Below, piece by piece: positions 1 to 10,745 of a stretch of 64,000 bases of DNA (position 1 is the first letter of the stretch; the number at the start of each line of letters is the position of its first letter). A program made the translations under genes and the position numbers. The notes beneath the pieces are model-generated. The model searched no databases, was not told the DNA's origin, and saw only the letters and a program-made list of their open reading frames with translations. The DNA is from Candidatus Altimarinota bacterium (lineage in GTDB: Bacteria > Patescibacteriota > Gracilibacteria > UBA4473). The stretch covers positions 60,202 through 124,201 of the forward strand of contig JABAZT010000020.1 of the NCBI GenBank assembly GCA_018608565.1, in the 5' to 3' direction.

Positions 1-37
1 TTGTAGCCAAAAATTATCAGCTCTCTACAATTAAAAT

Positions 38-1324
38 ATGAACGATACTCAAAACGTTACCTGTCCATCCTGTAATCATACTTTCGCACTTTCTGAAGCT
101 CTCGCTGAAAAAGCAAAAGCCCAAGAAGCAGCCATAACCGCAAAAGAAAAAGCCCTTAAAAACCAAGAAGAAAATCTAAACAAAGAATTTGAGCAAAAAA
201 TAAAAGAGGCAGAATTAGCCGCCACGGAAAAAGCTCAAAAAAATCTAGAATCTCAAAAGATGGAGATGTGGAAAAAAGCACAGGAAAAAGCTGGAGAAAA
301 ACTTACCGCAGAATTTGAACTCCAAACAAAAGAACTCCTCGAAGCAAATAAAGAAAAAGACGAAAAACTAAAAAAAGCCCAAGAAGAAGAACTCAATCTC
401 AGAAAAAAAGCACGAGCCCTCGAAGACAAAGAAAAAGAAATGGAACTTGAAATGTCACGAAGACTAGACCTACAGCTAAAACAGGAACAAGAGAAACTAA
501 ACAAAAATCTCAAATACCAAGTAGAACAAGAACAAAATCGAATTAAAGAAAGTTTTGAAAAACAAGCACGAGAAAAAGAAACACAACTCGAACAGATGAA
601 AAAAACCATCGAAGACCTTAAACGAAAAAGTGAACAAGGATCAATGCAGGTACAGGGAGATGCTCAAGAACAAGATCTCAAAATAACCCTCAAGATGGCA
701 TACCCAATAGATCAGATTGATGATGTCCCAACCGGAATTAGAGGGGCCGATCTTATCCAAACAGTCCGAAGTAATTTCGGTGGAAGCTGCGGAATAATCC
801 TCTGGGAATCTAAAAGCACCAAAACCTGGTCCAAAGACTGGATCACCAAACTCAAAGACGACCAACGAGAAGCCAAAGCCAATATCTCTATTCTAATAAC
901 CCAAACCCTTCCCGAAGGCATTAAAGATTTTGGAATCATAGATGGAGTATGGGTTTGTGCCTATAGATATGCACTTCCACTAACACAGATGGTACGAAAC
1001 CATCTCATAGAACTTCATAACGCAAAAGCCTCACACGAAGGACAAGACGAAAAAATGGAAGCCCTCTACCGCTACCTCACAGGACCTCAATTTCGAAATA
1101 GAGTCGAAGGCATGGTATCTGCTTTCGAATCGATGAAAGAAGATCTCGAGAAAGAAAAACGAGCCTTTACCAAAATTTGGGCCAAACGAGAAAAAGAAAT
1201 CGATCGTATAATGACCAATACCGTCGGACTTCATGGTGATATGCAAGGAATCGTCGGAGCCGCACTCCCAACTATAGACAAGCTCGAACTTGAGTCCGGA
1301 ACAGATGACCTCACCTTGATCTAG
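38..1324 (+). CDS. DUF2130-like protein (zinc-ribbon-like start, long K/E coiled coil, C-terminal globular nuclease-like domain)
   Basis: 428-aa ORF. N-terminal 'CPSCNHTF', then ~200 aa of K/E-rich coiled coil, then C-terminal 'GADLIQTV...GIILWESKSTKTWSKDWITKLKDD', recalled as typical of DUF2130. Not searched. Confidence 0.55.
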   Translation: MNDTQNVTCPSCNHTFALSEALAEKAKAQEAAITAKEKALKNQEENLNKEFEQKIKEAELAATEKAQKNLESQKMEMWKKAQEKAGEKLTAEFELQTKELLEANKEKDEKLKKAQEEELNLRKKARALEDKEKEMELEMSRRLDLQLKQEQEKLNKNLKYQVEQEQNRIKESFEKQAREKETQLEQMKKTIEDLKRKSEQGSMQVQGDAQEQDLKITLKMAYPIDQIDDVPTGIRGADLIQTVRSNFGGSCGIILWESKSTKTWSKDWITKLKDDQREAKANISILITQTLPEGIKDFGIIDGVWVCAYRYALPLTQMVRNHLIELHNAKASHEGQDEKMEALYRYLTGPQFRNRVEGMVSAFESMKEDLEKEKRAFTKIWAKREKEIDRIMTNTVGLHGDMQGIVGAALPTIDKLELESGTDDLTLI

Positions 1325-2046
1325 TTCCAGGCTTCAACATGTATTACATTCCCCGGAGGGCATTTACGATACCATCGTTCTACATCAGAAAAATAAATTT
1401 TTCGAACTATTGGATCACCAGATGCTTTCATTGTTTTTAGAGCAATCTCTAAACATTTTCGGACATTATCCATGTCATATCCAGCAAGGCTAAAATCAAA
1501 AATAGCATTCTCTGATACTGTTTCTTGTCTATCAAACTCTCTTTTATATACCAAACGAATACAATCCAACCCTGCATCTCTCTGGTGCTGCCCACTGTCA
1601 TTTTCAACCACCTGATTATAGAGATACTCTGCCTCTTTGAGGTTCCCCATTTTCACCGCGATTCCAGCTTTTTCAAAATCATTTTTTTCACGAGGATGCG
1701 CTTCATTCAATAACAACCCTGAAACAGCTAACTGAAATGCATCAGAAACATCAAAAAGTCTTTCAACAATTTCTTCCGCCTTGTTTTTAGGGTCAAATTT
1801 AGCCGGAGGATTATGATGTAGACCTCTTAAACGAACAATTTTTGGATCCCTTATGTCTAAAACCAAGACTTTAAGTTCCTCAAATGCCTCTCTATGAATT
1901 TGATCTTCGAAAACAATTGGATCAAGGGCCTCTAAATGATCCAGAACCTGATGCGCCATAAATCTATCTTCTTTACCCAGAGCTTTCATTGATATCTTTA
2001 TAAATGCGGGAGAAATAAAGTCAAAAATATGTAAACAATCTCTCAA
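1321..2046 (-). CDS. hypothetical protein
   Basis: 241-aa ORF with no recognised motifs. Its stop overlaps the convergent stop of the upstream gene (CTAG at 1321-1324). Confidence 0.45.
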   Translation of the reverse strand: MRDCLHIFDFISPAFIKISMKALGKEDRFMAHQVLDHLEALDPIVFEDQIHREAFEELKVLVLDIRDPKIVRLRGLHHNPPAKFDPKNKAEEIVERLFDVSDAFQLAVSGLLLNEAHPREKNDFEKAGIAVKMGNLKEAEYLYNQVVENDSGQHQRDAGLDCIRLVYKREFDRQETVSENAIFDFSLAGYDMDNVRKCLEIALKTMKASGDPIVRKIYFSDVERWYRKCPPGNVIHVEAWN

Positions 2047-2079
2047 CTACTTCCTCTATTCCCCTTTATAATAAATCAA

Positions 2080-4626
2080 TTACTGACTATCTAAACTCTC
2101 TACTAGCAGCTTCGCAGCAGCAGCCCGACTTAGTTTTTCTTGCGGACGAAACGTACCATCCTCAAATCCAGAAATAATACCCCGACTGTATGCCTCCTCT
2201 ACCCACGGCCTGGCCCAATCCGTCACATCCGGAAAAACCGAAGAATTTATCGGTTCAGTTGCGCTGTTATTCAGTTTTTCCGTTGGCTTCCAACCATCAG
2301 CAGCCAAAAGCACCTTTACCGCCTCAGCCCGAGTCAATCCCAAGTATGGACGAAAGGTACCATCCTCGTACCCTTTGACAACACCAGCACCAGCAAAATA
2401 ATTTACAGCCTCAGAAAAATCATTTTCTTCTACTACATCTGAAAACACCTGACTACCACCAGTTCTCTCAACCTCTCCATCTTTTCCTCCTAACCTATAC
2501 AACATTTTCAAGAAATCAGCTCGATCTACAGGACGACTCGGATGAATTTTTCCATTCGCTTCCGCCTCAAAAACTCCCTCCTCAATCAATCGAGCAAAAT
2601 AAGGATTAGCCCAATGACGAGGATCATAATCTACAAAAAATGAACGATCCGAAGATTCCGGAGTTTTTCTATATCCATATCGAACCGAAATACATCGAAA
2701 CACCGTACAAAATTCAACCTGATCCCCCATCCCAAAAGCCTGAGCCAACATTGGAGCAAACCCAACATACAACGCTCGATGAGCCTCAGAGAAAGGATGC
2801 ACTCCAATCAGTGTATCTCTTTCCGCTCGACCCAAAAAATCCCCTCCTTGCCAAACCTTATCAACCGAAAGATACTCAAACGGCATGTCCCCTACAAAAC
2901 GACCACCAAAATCACTATACGCATACGTCGCCCGCTCCAACTCCAAAATAATTCTCAATAACTGTGAAGCGGTAATCTCTCGCAACGCCAATCTCAAATC
3001 CGCCTGAGCCATCCCTGGAACAAGCAATGAATTACGCACTCCATACCGTCTCGAAATAGACCGAATTGCCGTAAGGCTTTCCTCTTCATAGTCACCACTT
3101 CTCAAAATCTGCCCAATCCGACGAGCCGCCCAAATACGAGGCAAAAATGCTGCAGCACTCGCAAACGAAGGCGAATACATATCAAACGATCTCCCAACAA
3201 AAACAGGCGTCCCCTGAGCCGATCTTCCAGGAAAAAATTCCGGCAAGACCTCCACCTCTCCTTCTCGAGTAGAGATAGAAGAGTTAACGAGCCCCTGCCT
3301 CCATTGCCCCCACTTATCCCAAAACTCTTCCGCCTCTATCAATCGAGGAGGAGCATGAAATAAACGTTGATAAAATCCTCCTGAAAAATAAGAAAGCAAC
3401 TCCAAATAGGACTCCTTCTTCGACGTAAACCCAAGAGAAACAACTGGAGCACTAAGCTCTGAAAAATCTACTGGCACATACTCATCCTGATCCGTAATAA
3501 GTAAAACCGCACGATTATCCACTCCCACAGTCCAACTCTCATCCGTAATAGATTGCAATGCCAATTCCAAATTTCCCTCAGCTAATGGCCGCATGGTATG
3601 TAAATGCTCTATTAATCCTTTTCTAAAATCATGATTATTGATCCTAAAATCAGCTGCATAGGAACGCACCGTTTTATCAAAAAATACAACCTTCACCTTC
3701 TTTTCGTCCAACCGCTCAAGTATAAAATTCACATATTCCTTCGTCCGAATCCAAGGATTCCCAGTCATTGAACCTGATGTATCTATCAAGAGGACCAACT
3801 CCTGAATATCTTTTTGAGGCCCCCAGAGCTGAAAATGTCCATAATACACAGAACCATTAGACGAATACTCCAACGTCGGATACTCAATATGAGACCAGAA
3901 AAAACGCAAATTCTGTTGCGGCTTAAAATCCGTATCAGAATACAACAATACCACCTGATTTTGATTTCTATCCATCAATCCCTCTTGTGGAAGATTCGTA
4001 AAAAAATGCCACAAAGACTTATCCGAAGTAATCGAAAAAGTCAGATCAAAAGATTTGGAAGCAATATCATCATGTAAAAAAATCTCTGAAAAGTGAAAAT
4101 CATTCACAAAATCTGCCTTCATTCTCCATTCAAGTTTTAGTTTCATGGTTTGTTCTGGTGGCAAATCCAAGAGCCGAGACTCAAGTAATTTTTCAAAAGG
4201 AGTGGCCCCCAAACGCAATAGCCGTGCATCCATACTCTTGCTCGCCTGATCAAATAAACGCTCCAGACGATTTTTGCCACTAAAAACCTCAAACGCCTCT
4301 GCCCGAGCATCGACATAAAGACCAATAGAATCCGCGTGCCCAGGCAATGGATAATAATACGTCAGCGACTCTGACTCCAAACTTGTATTCCGAAGAGTAT
4401 CTACCAATGTTACATTGATCGTCTCACTATCCAAAACTTCAATCTGAACTCGTCGTTCATCACGAACCACATTAGGATTTTGATACATAGCATCAGCCGT
4501 GGGAAAAAAGAACAGGCAAAAACTAAAAAATAAGAAGAAAGACTTCAAATACACTAATTGGCTATTGGACTTCTTAACTATTGTACTCATCCCCCCCATA
4601 GTACAAAAAAAGTATTCAAGAGGCAA
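2080..4626 (-). CDS. secreted VIT/vWA-domain protein with C-terminal SLH repeats
   Basis: 848-aa ORF. Probable start is M13 (about 4590), giving signal peptide 'MSTIVKK...FFFPTADA'. MIDAS motif 'LIDTSGSMTG'. C-terminal SLH-like repeats 'FSDV...VKGYEDGTFRP' and 'FPDV...ISGFEDGTFRP', plus a degenerate third. Confidence 0.75.
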   Translation of the reverse strand: MPLEYFFCTMGGMSTIVKKSNSQLVYLKSFFLFFSFCLFFFPTADAMYQNPNVVRDERRVQIEVLDSETINVTLVDTLRNTSLESESLTYYYPLPGHADSIGLYVDARAEAFEVFSGKNRLERLFDQASKSMDARLLRLGATPFEKLLESRLLDLPPEQTMKLKLEWRMKADFVNDFHFSEIFLHDDIASKSFDLTFSITSDKSLWHFFTNLPQEGLMDRNQNQVVLLYSDTDFKPQQNLRFFWSHIEYPTLEYSSNGSVYYGHFQLWGPQKDIQELVLLIDTSGSMTGNPWIRTKEYVNFILERLDEKKVKVVFFDKTVRSYAADFRINNHDFRKGLIEHLHTMRPLAEGNLELALQSITDESWTVGVDNRAVLLITDQDEYVPVDFSELSAPVVSLGFTSKKESYLELLSYFSGGFYQRLFHAPPRLIEAEEFWDKWGQWRQGLVNSSISTREGEVEVLPEFFPGRSAQGTPVFVGRSFDMYSPSFASAAAFLPRIWAARRIGQILRSGDYEEESLTAIRSISRRYGVRNSLLVPGMAQADLRLALREITASQLLRIILELERATYAYSDFGGRFVGDMPFEYLSVDKVWQGGDFLGRAERDTLIGVHPFSEAHRALYVGFAPMLAQAFGMGDQVEFCTVFRCISVRYGYRKTPESSDRSFFVDYDPRHWANPYFARLIEEGVFEAEANGKIHPSRPVDRADFLKMLYRLGGKDGEVERTGGSQVFSDVVEENDFSEAVNYFAGAGVVKGYEDGTFRPYLGLTRAEAVKVLLAADGWKPTEKLNNSATEPINSSVFPDVTDWARPWVEEAYSRGIISGFEDGTFRPQEKLSRAAAAKLLVESLDSQ

Positions 4627-4707
4627 AAACTTTTAAACCAAGTAAAAAAGAGACATTCCAAATGGTAATGCCTCTTATTCGTATTTCTTTTCCTTCACTT
4701 GTCATCC

Positions 4708-6861
4708 CTACCGTCGCTTCACCGTTACTCGTTTCTGAATCTTAGAAACAATTCCTCGATCATTGATCATCTTCAACTGTACCAAATACGTTCCAGGATT
4801 TTCATAGAGATGAATAGGCTTAAACGTCTGAGCTTTTTGCCCATCTCCAAAATCCCAATGATACTCTACCGCTACTCCCTGTGAAGGAGACGCATCAAAC
4901 TGAATCTCAAGTGGCGCAAATCCAGCCTCCGGAAACATACTAAAATCAGCAACCAATGCAGGAGGTCTAACCGATATATAGGTAATAGAGGAAGATTGTT
5001 GTCCAAGCGTATCAATAACCGTAAGTTTTACAGGAAAAGTTCCAAGATTTCGAAACAAGTAAGAAATTTTTGCTCCATAGTGAATAGGGTCTTCCCCTGG
5101 AAATTCCCACACATAATCAATAATTTCACTTGTATCAGTCGCGGAACCAGATCCATCAAACTCAACCGAAAGAGGAACCGAACCAGACAACTGATTCGCT
5201 GTAATTTTGGCTCTTAGTCCGGCTTCTCCCACAATCACTCGTCGAACGGCTTCAAATTCGTCTCCATTCGAAGTTGTAATCCGTAGATGTACTACATATC
5301 GACCTGGAGTTCTATAGATCTTTGTAACTTTTTGACCAAAGTCATCCGAAATCCCATCATCATCAAAATCCCATTGCCAATCAATAGCTCCATCAACCTT
5401 CGAGGTAGAAGCATCAAACTCAACTTCAAATGGAACCCCTCCCTGTAACACATCATCCTTATCCGCAGGAGGATCCGTCACAATAATGACATCTTGAGAC
5501 TTAGCACGATCACGAATATTCACAGTTTCGGTCACTCGATGTCTCTCTCCCAGATCATTTTCTACGGTAAGAGTTACATCATACTCTCCCTCTGTTCGAA
5601 AAATACGACGAATACTAGAACCTAAAGTAGTGTCCTTTTCTCCTTCAATAAACCATTCATACTTGGTAATAACACCATTTTCTACAAATGAATTTTTTCC
5701 TGACATCACCAATACAAACGGAGCCTCTCCATCAAACCCAACCTCAGAAGTAATCTTGGCTTCAATGCTTGGACGCCCTCCTTCTACCACAATTGTTTTT
5801 TGTGTTAGTGAGTAATCTCTCTGACTTCCCGTTACTCGTAATTTCACCACATGTTCGCCAATACTACTAAAATCTCGTGAAATAATTTCGGGACTCGTTT
5901 GTTGAAACTCATAATCCCCGTCATCATCAAAATCCCATTCATAGAGTATTACTTTCCCATCAGGGTCCGTAGAATTAGAAGCTGAAAATTCAACCGAAAG
6001 CGGGGAAACCCCTTGCTCTACATTTGAAGTAATTTCTGCAAATACTCCGACATTTTCAATCACCACCTCACGCGTCGTTTCAAACACTTCTCGCTCTCCA
6101 TTAGCGTTCTGAAATTCGATCTTAGCTAGTACATCAAAAATACCATTATTCTCCCCCTTATCCATAAATCGATTCGCTACTTGATACCCATTGGCATCTA
6201 TAATTCCATCTCCATCAAAATCCCAACTCACCTGACGAACAGAGGAAAGATCCCCCCCAAATTTTGCTTTAAGTCGCTCTTCTAGATCAAAATCAATGGT
6301 AATCGGAGCTTGTAAGCCAATAACACTTGGTGGATCCGTCGCCACCAGAGAGTTATCCTGTTCCACTCGTTTCACCGTATCCGCACTCGCAATAGCAAGA
6401 TACAGACCAATAAACAAACCAAATATCAAAGCAAATATAGTCACATAAAGGACCATTTTCTTCAAAATAGGACCTCTCTTTGGAGATTCCTTTGGCAAGG
6501 TCATATATCGAAAAACATTCGAAAGCGCAAAGAAAAGGAACACCAATGACAAGAAACCAAAAAGACCACTCGTAAACTGTATCAAAACATTCTTTAGACT
6601 CGTCGCATCAATCCCAAGCAAGTCAAATAAAGGATTTGAAACATAGCCTCCAAACAAAGAGAACAATAAAATCCCATAAAAAACAAATAACAACCCAAAG
6701 ATAACCGCCAAAAAGATCCATATATATTTTATCGGACTAGTCCCAGAAGTATCAACCGCCGTAGGAATAACCCGTTCGTTTGGAACTTCATTAGATTCTG
6801 TTTCCTCTGAATCGTCCAAGAGTTCATCATTGTCTTCGTTTGGAGAAGGTAGTTTTGCCAT
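4708..6861 (-). CDS. multi-pass membrane protein with about 6 PKD-like Ig repeats
   Basis: 717 aa. Acidic N-terminus, 3-4 hydrophobic helices (residues ~45-165), then repeats with 'WDFDGDG', 'WDFDDDG', 'WQWDFDDDG', 'WEFPGE', 'WDFGDG' motifs. Confidence 0.8.
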   Translation of the reverse strand: MAKLPSPNEDNDELLDDSEETESNEVPNERVIPTAVDTSGTSPIKYIWIFLAVIFGLLFVFYGILLFSLFGGYVSNPLFDLLGIDATSLKNVLIQFTSGLFGFLSLVFLFFALSNVFRYMTLPKESPKRGPILKKMVLYVTIFALIFGLFIGLYLAIASADTVKRVEQDNSLVATDPPSVIGLQAPITIDFDLEERLKAKFGGDLSSVRQVSWDFDGDGIIDANGYQVANRFMDKGENNGIFDVLAKIEFQNANGEREVFETTREVVIENVGVFAEITSNVEQGVSPLSVEFSASNSTDPDGKVILYEWDFDDDGDYEFQQTSPEIISRDFSSIGEHVVKLRVTGSQRDYSLTQKTIVVEGGRPSIEAKITSEVGFDGEAPFVLVMSGKNSFVENGVITKYEWFIEGEKDTTLGSSIRRIFRTEGEYDVTLTVENDLGERHRVTETVNIRDRAKSQDVIIVTDPPADKDDVLQGGVPFEVEFDASTSKVDGAIDWQWDFDDDGISDDFGQKVTKIYRTPGRYVVHLRITTSNGDEFEAVRRVIVGEAGLRAKITANQLSGSVPLSVEFDGSGSATDTSEIIDYVWEFPGEDPIHYGAKISYLFRNLGTFPVKLTVIDTLGQQSSSITYISVRPPALVADFSMFPEAGFAPLEIQFDASPSQGVAVEYHWDFGDGQKAQTFKPIHLYENPGTYLVQLKMINDRGIVSKIQKRVTVKRR

Positions 6862-6919
6862 AATAGTTTTTTTTATTTGTATTTTTTAAGCCAACAGTAA
6901 AAGTATAATCCAAAGCATC

Positions 6920-9900
6920 TTATTCAGCCAATAACTCTTCGGCCGCTGGGACTTCATCCTCAACGACAGCATCATGATTTACGGTAATAGTAAGAGAATC
7001 TGAAACTTCCACAACTCCGTCACTCACCGTCAACACAACTCTGTATCGTCCTGCTTTTTCATATTGAAAAGAAACATTCTGACCATAAATCTGTCGACCA
7101 TCACCAAGATCCCATTCAAAATCAAGCGCTCTTGGATAATCAACCGGCGCTTCTCCATAAAGGAAGAAGGTGGTAGAAGAACCTCCAGCAATAGACACTG
7201 GCTCAAATTCACCAATATTTGGATCTATTCCTAGGAGAACTTTCAAAGAAACAATATTATTATCAGTACAGTTATATTGAACTGATTCATAAGACGCTAA
7301 CAAAAGTTTTCGTTCTGTTTCCAATGATTTTCGTTTATCACTGATATAATCCAATGTATCAATCTTTTTTCGTAATAAATCAAGTTGCTCATCGGCCAGC
7401 GGTTTAAGGGTTACTAGCTGAGTACATTCTGTATTGGTTTGAAATGTAGAAGAAATACTAACATCTGCCTGATCTAATACTTCTGGTGCAGAAGGATTTT
7501 CCAAAGATATAGCCGCTTCTTCTACCGAGTTAATTGAATCCAAATAATCAATACTTCCAGTCTCTGGATTAAATCGAGCAAACTTATTTATCCGAGTATC
7601 CCACACCGGCATCGTATGAGGCTGTGGTTCATATTGAGCAAGATCCTGTGGACTAATCTTCAAATCCTCTTGCTTGAGAGTTCCTTCCGGAACAATCGTA
7701 ATTCGTTGATCTCTTGATATTTCAATCAAACCATCTGAAACTGTCAGTACCAAATCATATACTCCCACAGAACCATATCGATGTACGGCATGAGGAATAA
7801 GCGCATGATTTCCATCTCCGAAGTCCCATCGATACGATAGATCATCTCCATCTAGATCACTCGCCTGAGAATAAAAACGAATAGGAGTTCCAACCTCAAC
7901 CGTATGAAATGGTAATATTCCATTGATCGCCACTTGTGGAGGAAGATTTGTATCTGTTCCAGCAGTACCTCTATAGTTTTCCGATTCGGTAATATACATA
8001 TTTACTTCTCGAGTCACCGTCTCAATATCATCCGTCACCGTAAGAGCGACCGTATACTCTCCAGGTTCTGCAAATCGATAATTCAAAAATTTACCAAAAC
8101 GTTTTCCATCAGGGAAGTCCCACTCGAAAGTAAGGTGATCTCCATCATTATCTTGCGCCTCAGCTACAAAATTAAAATTAGTATCCGTCGTCCCCGCATT
8201 TCCAGGCACAGCATGAATCGAAATCAACGGCGCTGAATTTGTCAGCCCACTATCCACCGCCAATGATGAGAGTGAACTCATTGAAGTATGTGCATTATCG
8301 TTATCTACCACATTAACTCGAAAATAATAATCAATCACTCCCGGCAATTGCTGTAGATTGAAATACGTATATGGACTTTCTGTAATTTGAGCCAAAATAA
8401 TTTGCTGATTGTGCAGTGCCTCAAACCGATACTGTACAATTTCTCCATCAACATCTCGTGCATCCGCTTCAACACGTACTCGTTGATATCCAAAGTCAGA
8501 ATCTTCATAAAATCGAACATCATCAATCTCAGGAGGAGTATTATTAACTACAACCTTAAAACTCGTTCGATCTCTTAGATTCGCATTTCTTCTATTCGAA
8601 GCAATTAATTCAACATGATACGTTCCAAGATCTTGAAAAAACTGATTAATCTGAAATTTTTCAACGGCTTTCCCGTTAACCAACCACGTTTCTCTCAAGT
8701 TATCAGTCCCACCACTATCATCCAAAGATTTAGATTCAAACTGGATCGGATCTCCTCGATTAATCTGGGTATAAGGAGTCAAAATTTGTTTATCCCCATA
8801 CGTAATATTCATAATAGCCGTCGGTTTTCCTTCGTTTCGAACATAGACAATCTTAGTCAATTCATTTGTTTCTCCTGAAAACTGATCATAGACTTTCAAC
8901 GTAACAGGGAATGCTCCCGCAACATCAAATGTATTCCGAACCCTTGGTCCATAGATCGATCCATCTTCTTGTGGGAAAACCCATTCAAATTCAGTCGCCT
9001 TTGGACTATTCCCCTGAAAATAAACTATATCTCCAGATTTAATTGAATCCAAACCAATCTGAAAATTAAGTCCTAACGTAGACACAACTTCCATATCTTG
9101 ATCAAAAACCTCAGAAGCATAGACCGTAGTTTGTTCTTTTTGAACCACCTGAAGCCCTACTTCTTTCCGACCAGCAGTTCCAAATTCATAAGTAACCACC
9201 GGACTATACGTTTCTACATACTCACCACCAAAATCCCATCGATATAGTAAATTTTCACGCAAACCATCAATATTTACACTTTCATTCGCATCAAATACAA
9301 ACTCTGCTGGTTTAAGCGGGTTAAATGTCGGACGAATTTTAAACTTAGCCACTGGAATATTCCCTTTAATAACAACCGTGATCGTATCTTCATCCACAAT
9401 ACGCAGACTATTCTTGACCTTAAGCCGAACGGTATAAGTCCCAGGCTCTTGAAATACAACTCGAATATTTTCTGAATCAAACGGATCAAAACATCCAGCC
9501 CCCCCCTCACAGGACCATTCATGACTGGCAATAGTTCCAACAATCGTACGAGAGTTATTTCCTGAAAAACGCATCGGCTCATCCACTCTTCCTTGAGTTT
9601 TCACCCCAGAGATAACGGCTTCAAGCGCGCCAACTATAACTTCTTTCGTATACGTTTTTCGTCCCCCATCTACATTTTGTGAGTTAGCTCTGATAATATA
9701 TTTACCAGACTCTCCATAAATATGAGTAAAATCTCCCCTCGATCCATCACTCGTATCGAGATTTCGAGAAGTTCCATCTCCCATATCCATTTTTACATAT
9801 CCAGGAAGCGTAAATTGTATCAAAACGCCTTTCTTCCCAGTCTCCAAAGGAACAGAAACTCCATCCCCATAATCTACTACATCATCACCACTCACTACAA

Positions 9901-10738
9901 TAGGATTGATCCTAAAGATCGAAGTAAATCCCTGACCTCCTGGTTGAACCGGATTCACAGGCACATAGCCACCACCTCCACCTCCAGCACTTGAAGTCGC
10001 AGACTCAAACAACGTAGCCCCAGTGAATCCAGACCCACTATCTATAGGAACAAATTGAGGTCCTCCCGTTGGTTGTTGGGTAAACTGTCCATGAGCAGGA
10101 GAGGTTCCATACCCTCCACCATATCCATGTGTAAGATTTACCCCTGGAGTAAATGCCGCGCCCGGAAGTCGTGCTCCCTTAGGAATAAAGGCAATATCAT
10201 TATAGTATCCATTATCTGTATAAATATCTTGTTTTTCTCCCTGCTGGTCCTTATTAGATACGGTTTTCCAGGTATTTTCAGCATTATTAGCATCATCTTT
10301 AGATTGCTGTTCTCGTTGTCCTGCATAGGTTTCGTCCGTCATCACATTTTTTATCACCGTATTTACTATCGCATAGGAAAGCAGGACAATAATAATCCCC
10401 ACAATCGCATAGATAATCATTTTTTGTGCTTTTTCTTTAGCTCCATCGTCACCTCCGGAAATAATAAGCCTAAATCCTGCAAAAATAATAACCGCCACCG
10501 CCAACACCCCAATAAAGGTTAAGACAAAATTAATCACCTTTATAATCGCCTGTCGAAGAGATGTCTCTCCGGCTAATTCTTTTCCAAATTCTCCCTCAGA
10601 AACCTCCATTGTCTCGATCAAAGACCCCGTTGGAATCTTGGCACTTTCGGTAGAAGCCTCTACCTCATCGACTAATCCTCCAAAATAAAATAATGGAGCT
10701 AACAATACAATAAAACTGAAAATTAATTTTCGCATCAA
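6920..10738 (-). CDS. giant surface protein: signal peptide + TrbC/VirB2-like (T4SS-pilin-like) 2-TM hairpin + PKD repeat array
   Basis: 1272 aa. Hairpin 'VINFVLTFIGVLAVAVIIFAGFRLIISGGDDGAKEKAQKMIIYAIVGIIIVLLSYAIVNTV', a Gly-rich linker, then at least 8 PKD-like repeats ('WDFGGE', 'WDFPDG', 'WDFGDGN', 'WDLGDG'). Confidence 0.8.
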   Translation of the reverse strand: MMRKLIFSFIVLLAPLFYFGGLVDEVEASTESAKIPTGSLIETMEVSEGEFGKELAGETSLRQAIIKVINFVLTFIGVLAVAVIIFAGFRLIISGGDDGAKEKAQKMIIYAIVGIIIVLLSYAIVNTVIKNVMTDETYAGQREQQSKDDANNAENTWKTVSNKDQQGEKQDIYTDNGYYNDIAFIPKGARLPGAAFTPGVNLTHGYGGGYGTSPAHGQFTQQPTGGPQFVPIDSGSGFTGATLFESATSSAGGGGGGYVPVNPVQPGGQGFTSIFRINPIVVSGDDVVDYGDGVSVPLETGKKGVLIQFTLPGYVKMDMGDGTSRNLDTSDGSRGDFTHIYGESGKYIIRANSQNVDGGRKTYTKEVIVGALEAVISGVKTQGRVDEPMRFSGNNSRTIVGTIASHEWSCEGGAGCFDPFDSENIRVVFQEPGTYTVRLKVKNSLRIVDEDTITVVIKGNIPVAKFKIRPTFNPLKPAEFVFDANESVNIDGLRENLLYRWDFGGEYVETYSPVVTYEFGTAGRKEVGLQVVQKEQTTVYASEVFDQDMEVVSTLGLNFQIGLDSIKSGDIVYFQGNSPKATEFEWVFPQEDGSIYGPRVRNTFDVAGAFPVTLKVYDQFSGETNELTKIVYVRNEGKPTAIMNITYGDKQILTPYTQINRGDPIQFESKSLDDSGGTDNLRETWLVNGKAVEKFQINQFFQDLGTYHVELIASNRRNANLRDRTSFKVVVNNTPPEIDDVRFYEDSDFGYQRVRVEADARDVDGEIVQYRFEALHNQQIILAQITESPYTYFNLQQLPGVIDYYFRVNVVDNDNAHTSMSSLSSLAVDSGLTNSAPLISIHAVPGNAGTTDTNFNFVAEAQDNDGDHLTFEWDFPDGKRFGKFLNYRFAEPGEYTVALTVTDDIETVTREVNMYITESENYRGTAGTDTNLPPQVAINGILPFHTVEVGTPIRFYSQASDLDGDDLSYRWDFGDGNHALIPHAVHRYGSVGVYDLVLTVSDGLIEISRDQRITIVPEGTLKQEDLKISPQDLAQYEPQPHTMPVWDTRINKFARFNPETGSIDYLDSINSVEEAAISLENPSAPEVLDQADVSISSTFQTNTECTQLVTLKPLADEQLDLLRKKIDTLDYISDKRKSLETERKLLLASYESVQYNCTDNNIVSLKVLLGIDPNIGEFEPVSIAGGSSTTFFLYGEAPVDYPRALDFEWDLGDGRQIYGQNVSFQYEKAGRYRVVLTVSDGVVEVSDSLTITVNHDAVVEDEVPAAEELLAE

Positions 10739-10745
10739 ATAAACA

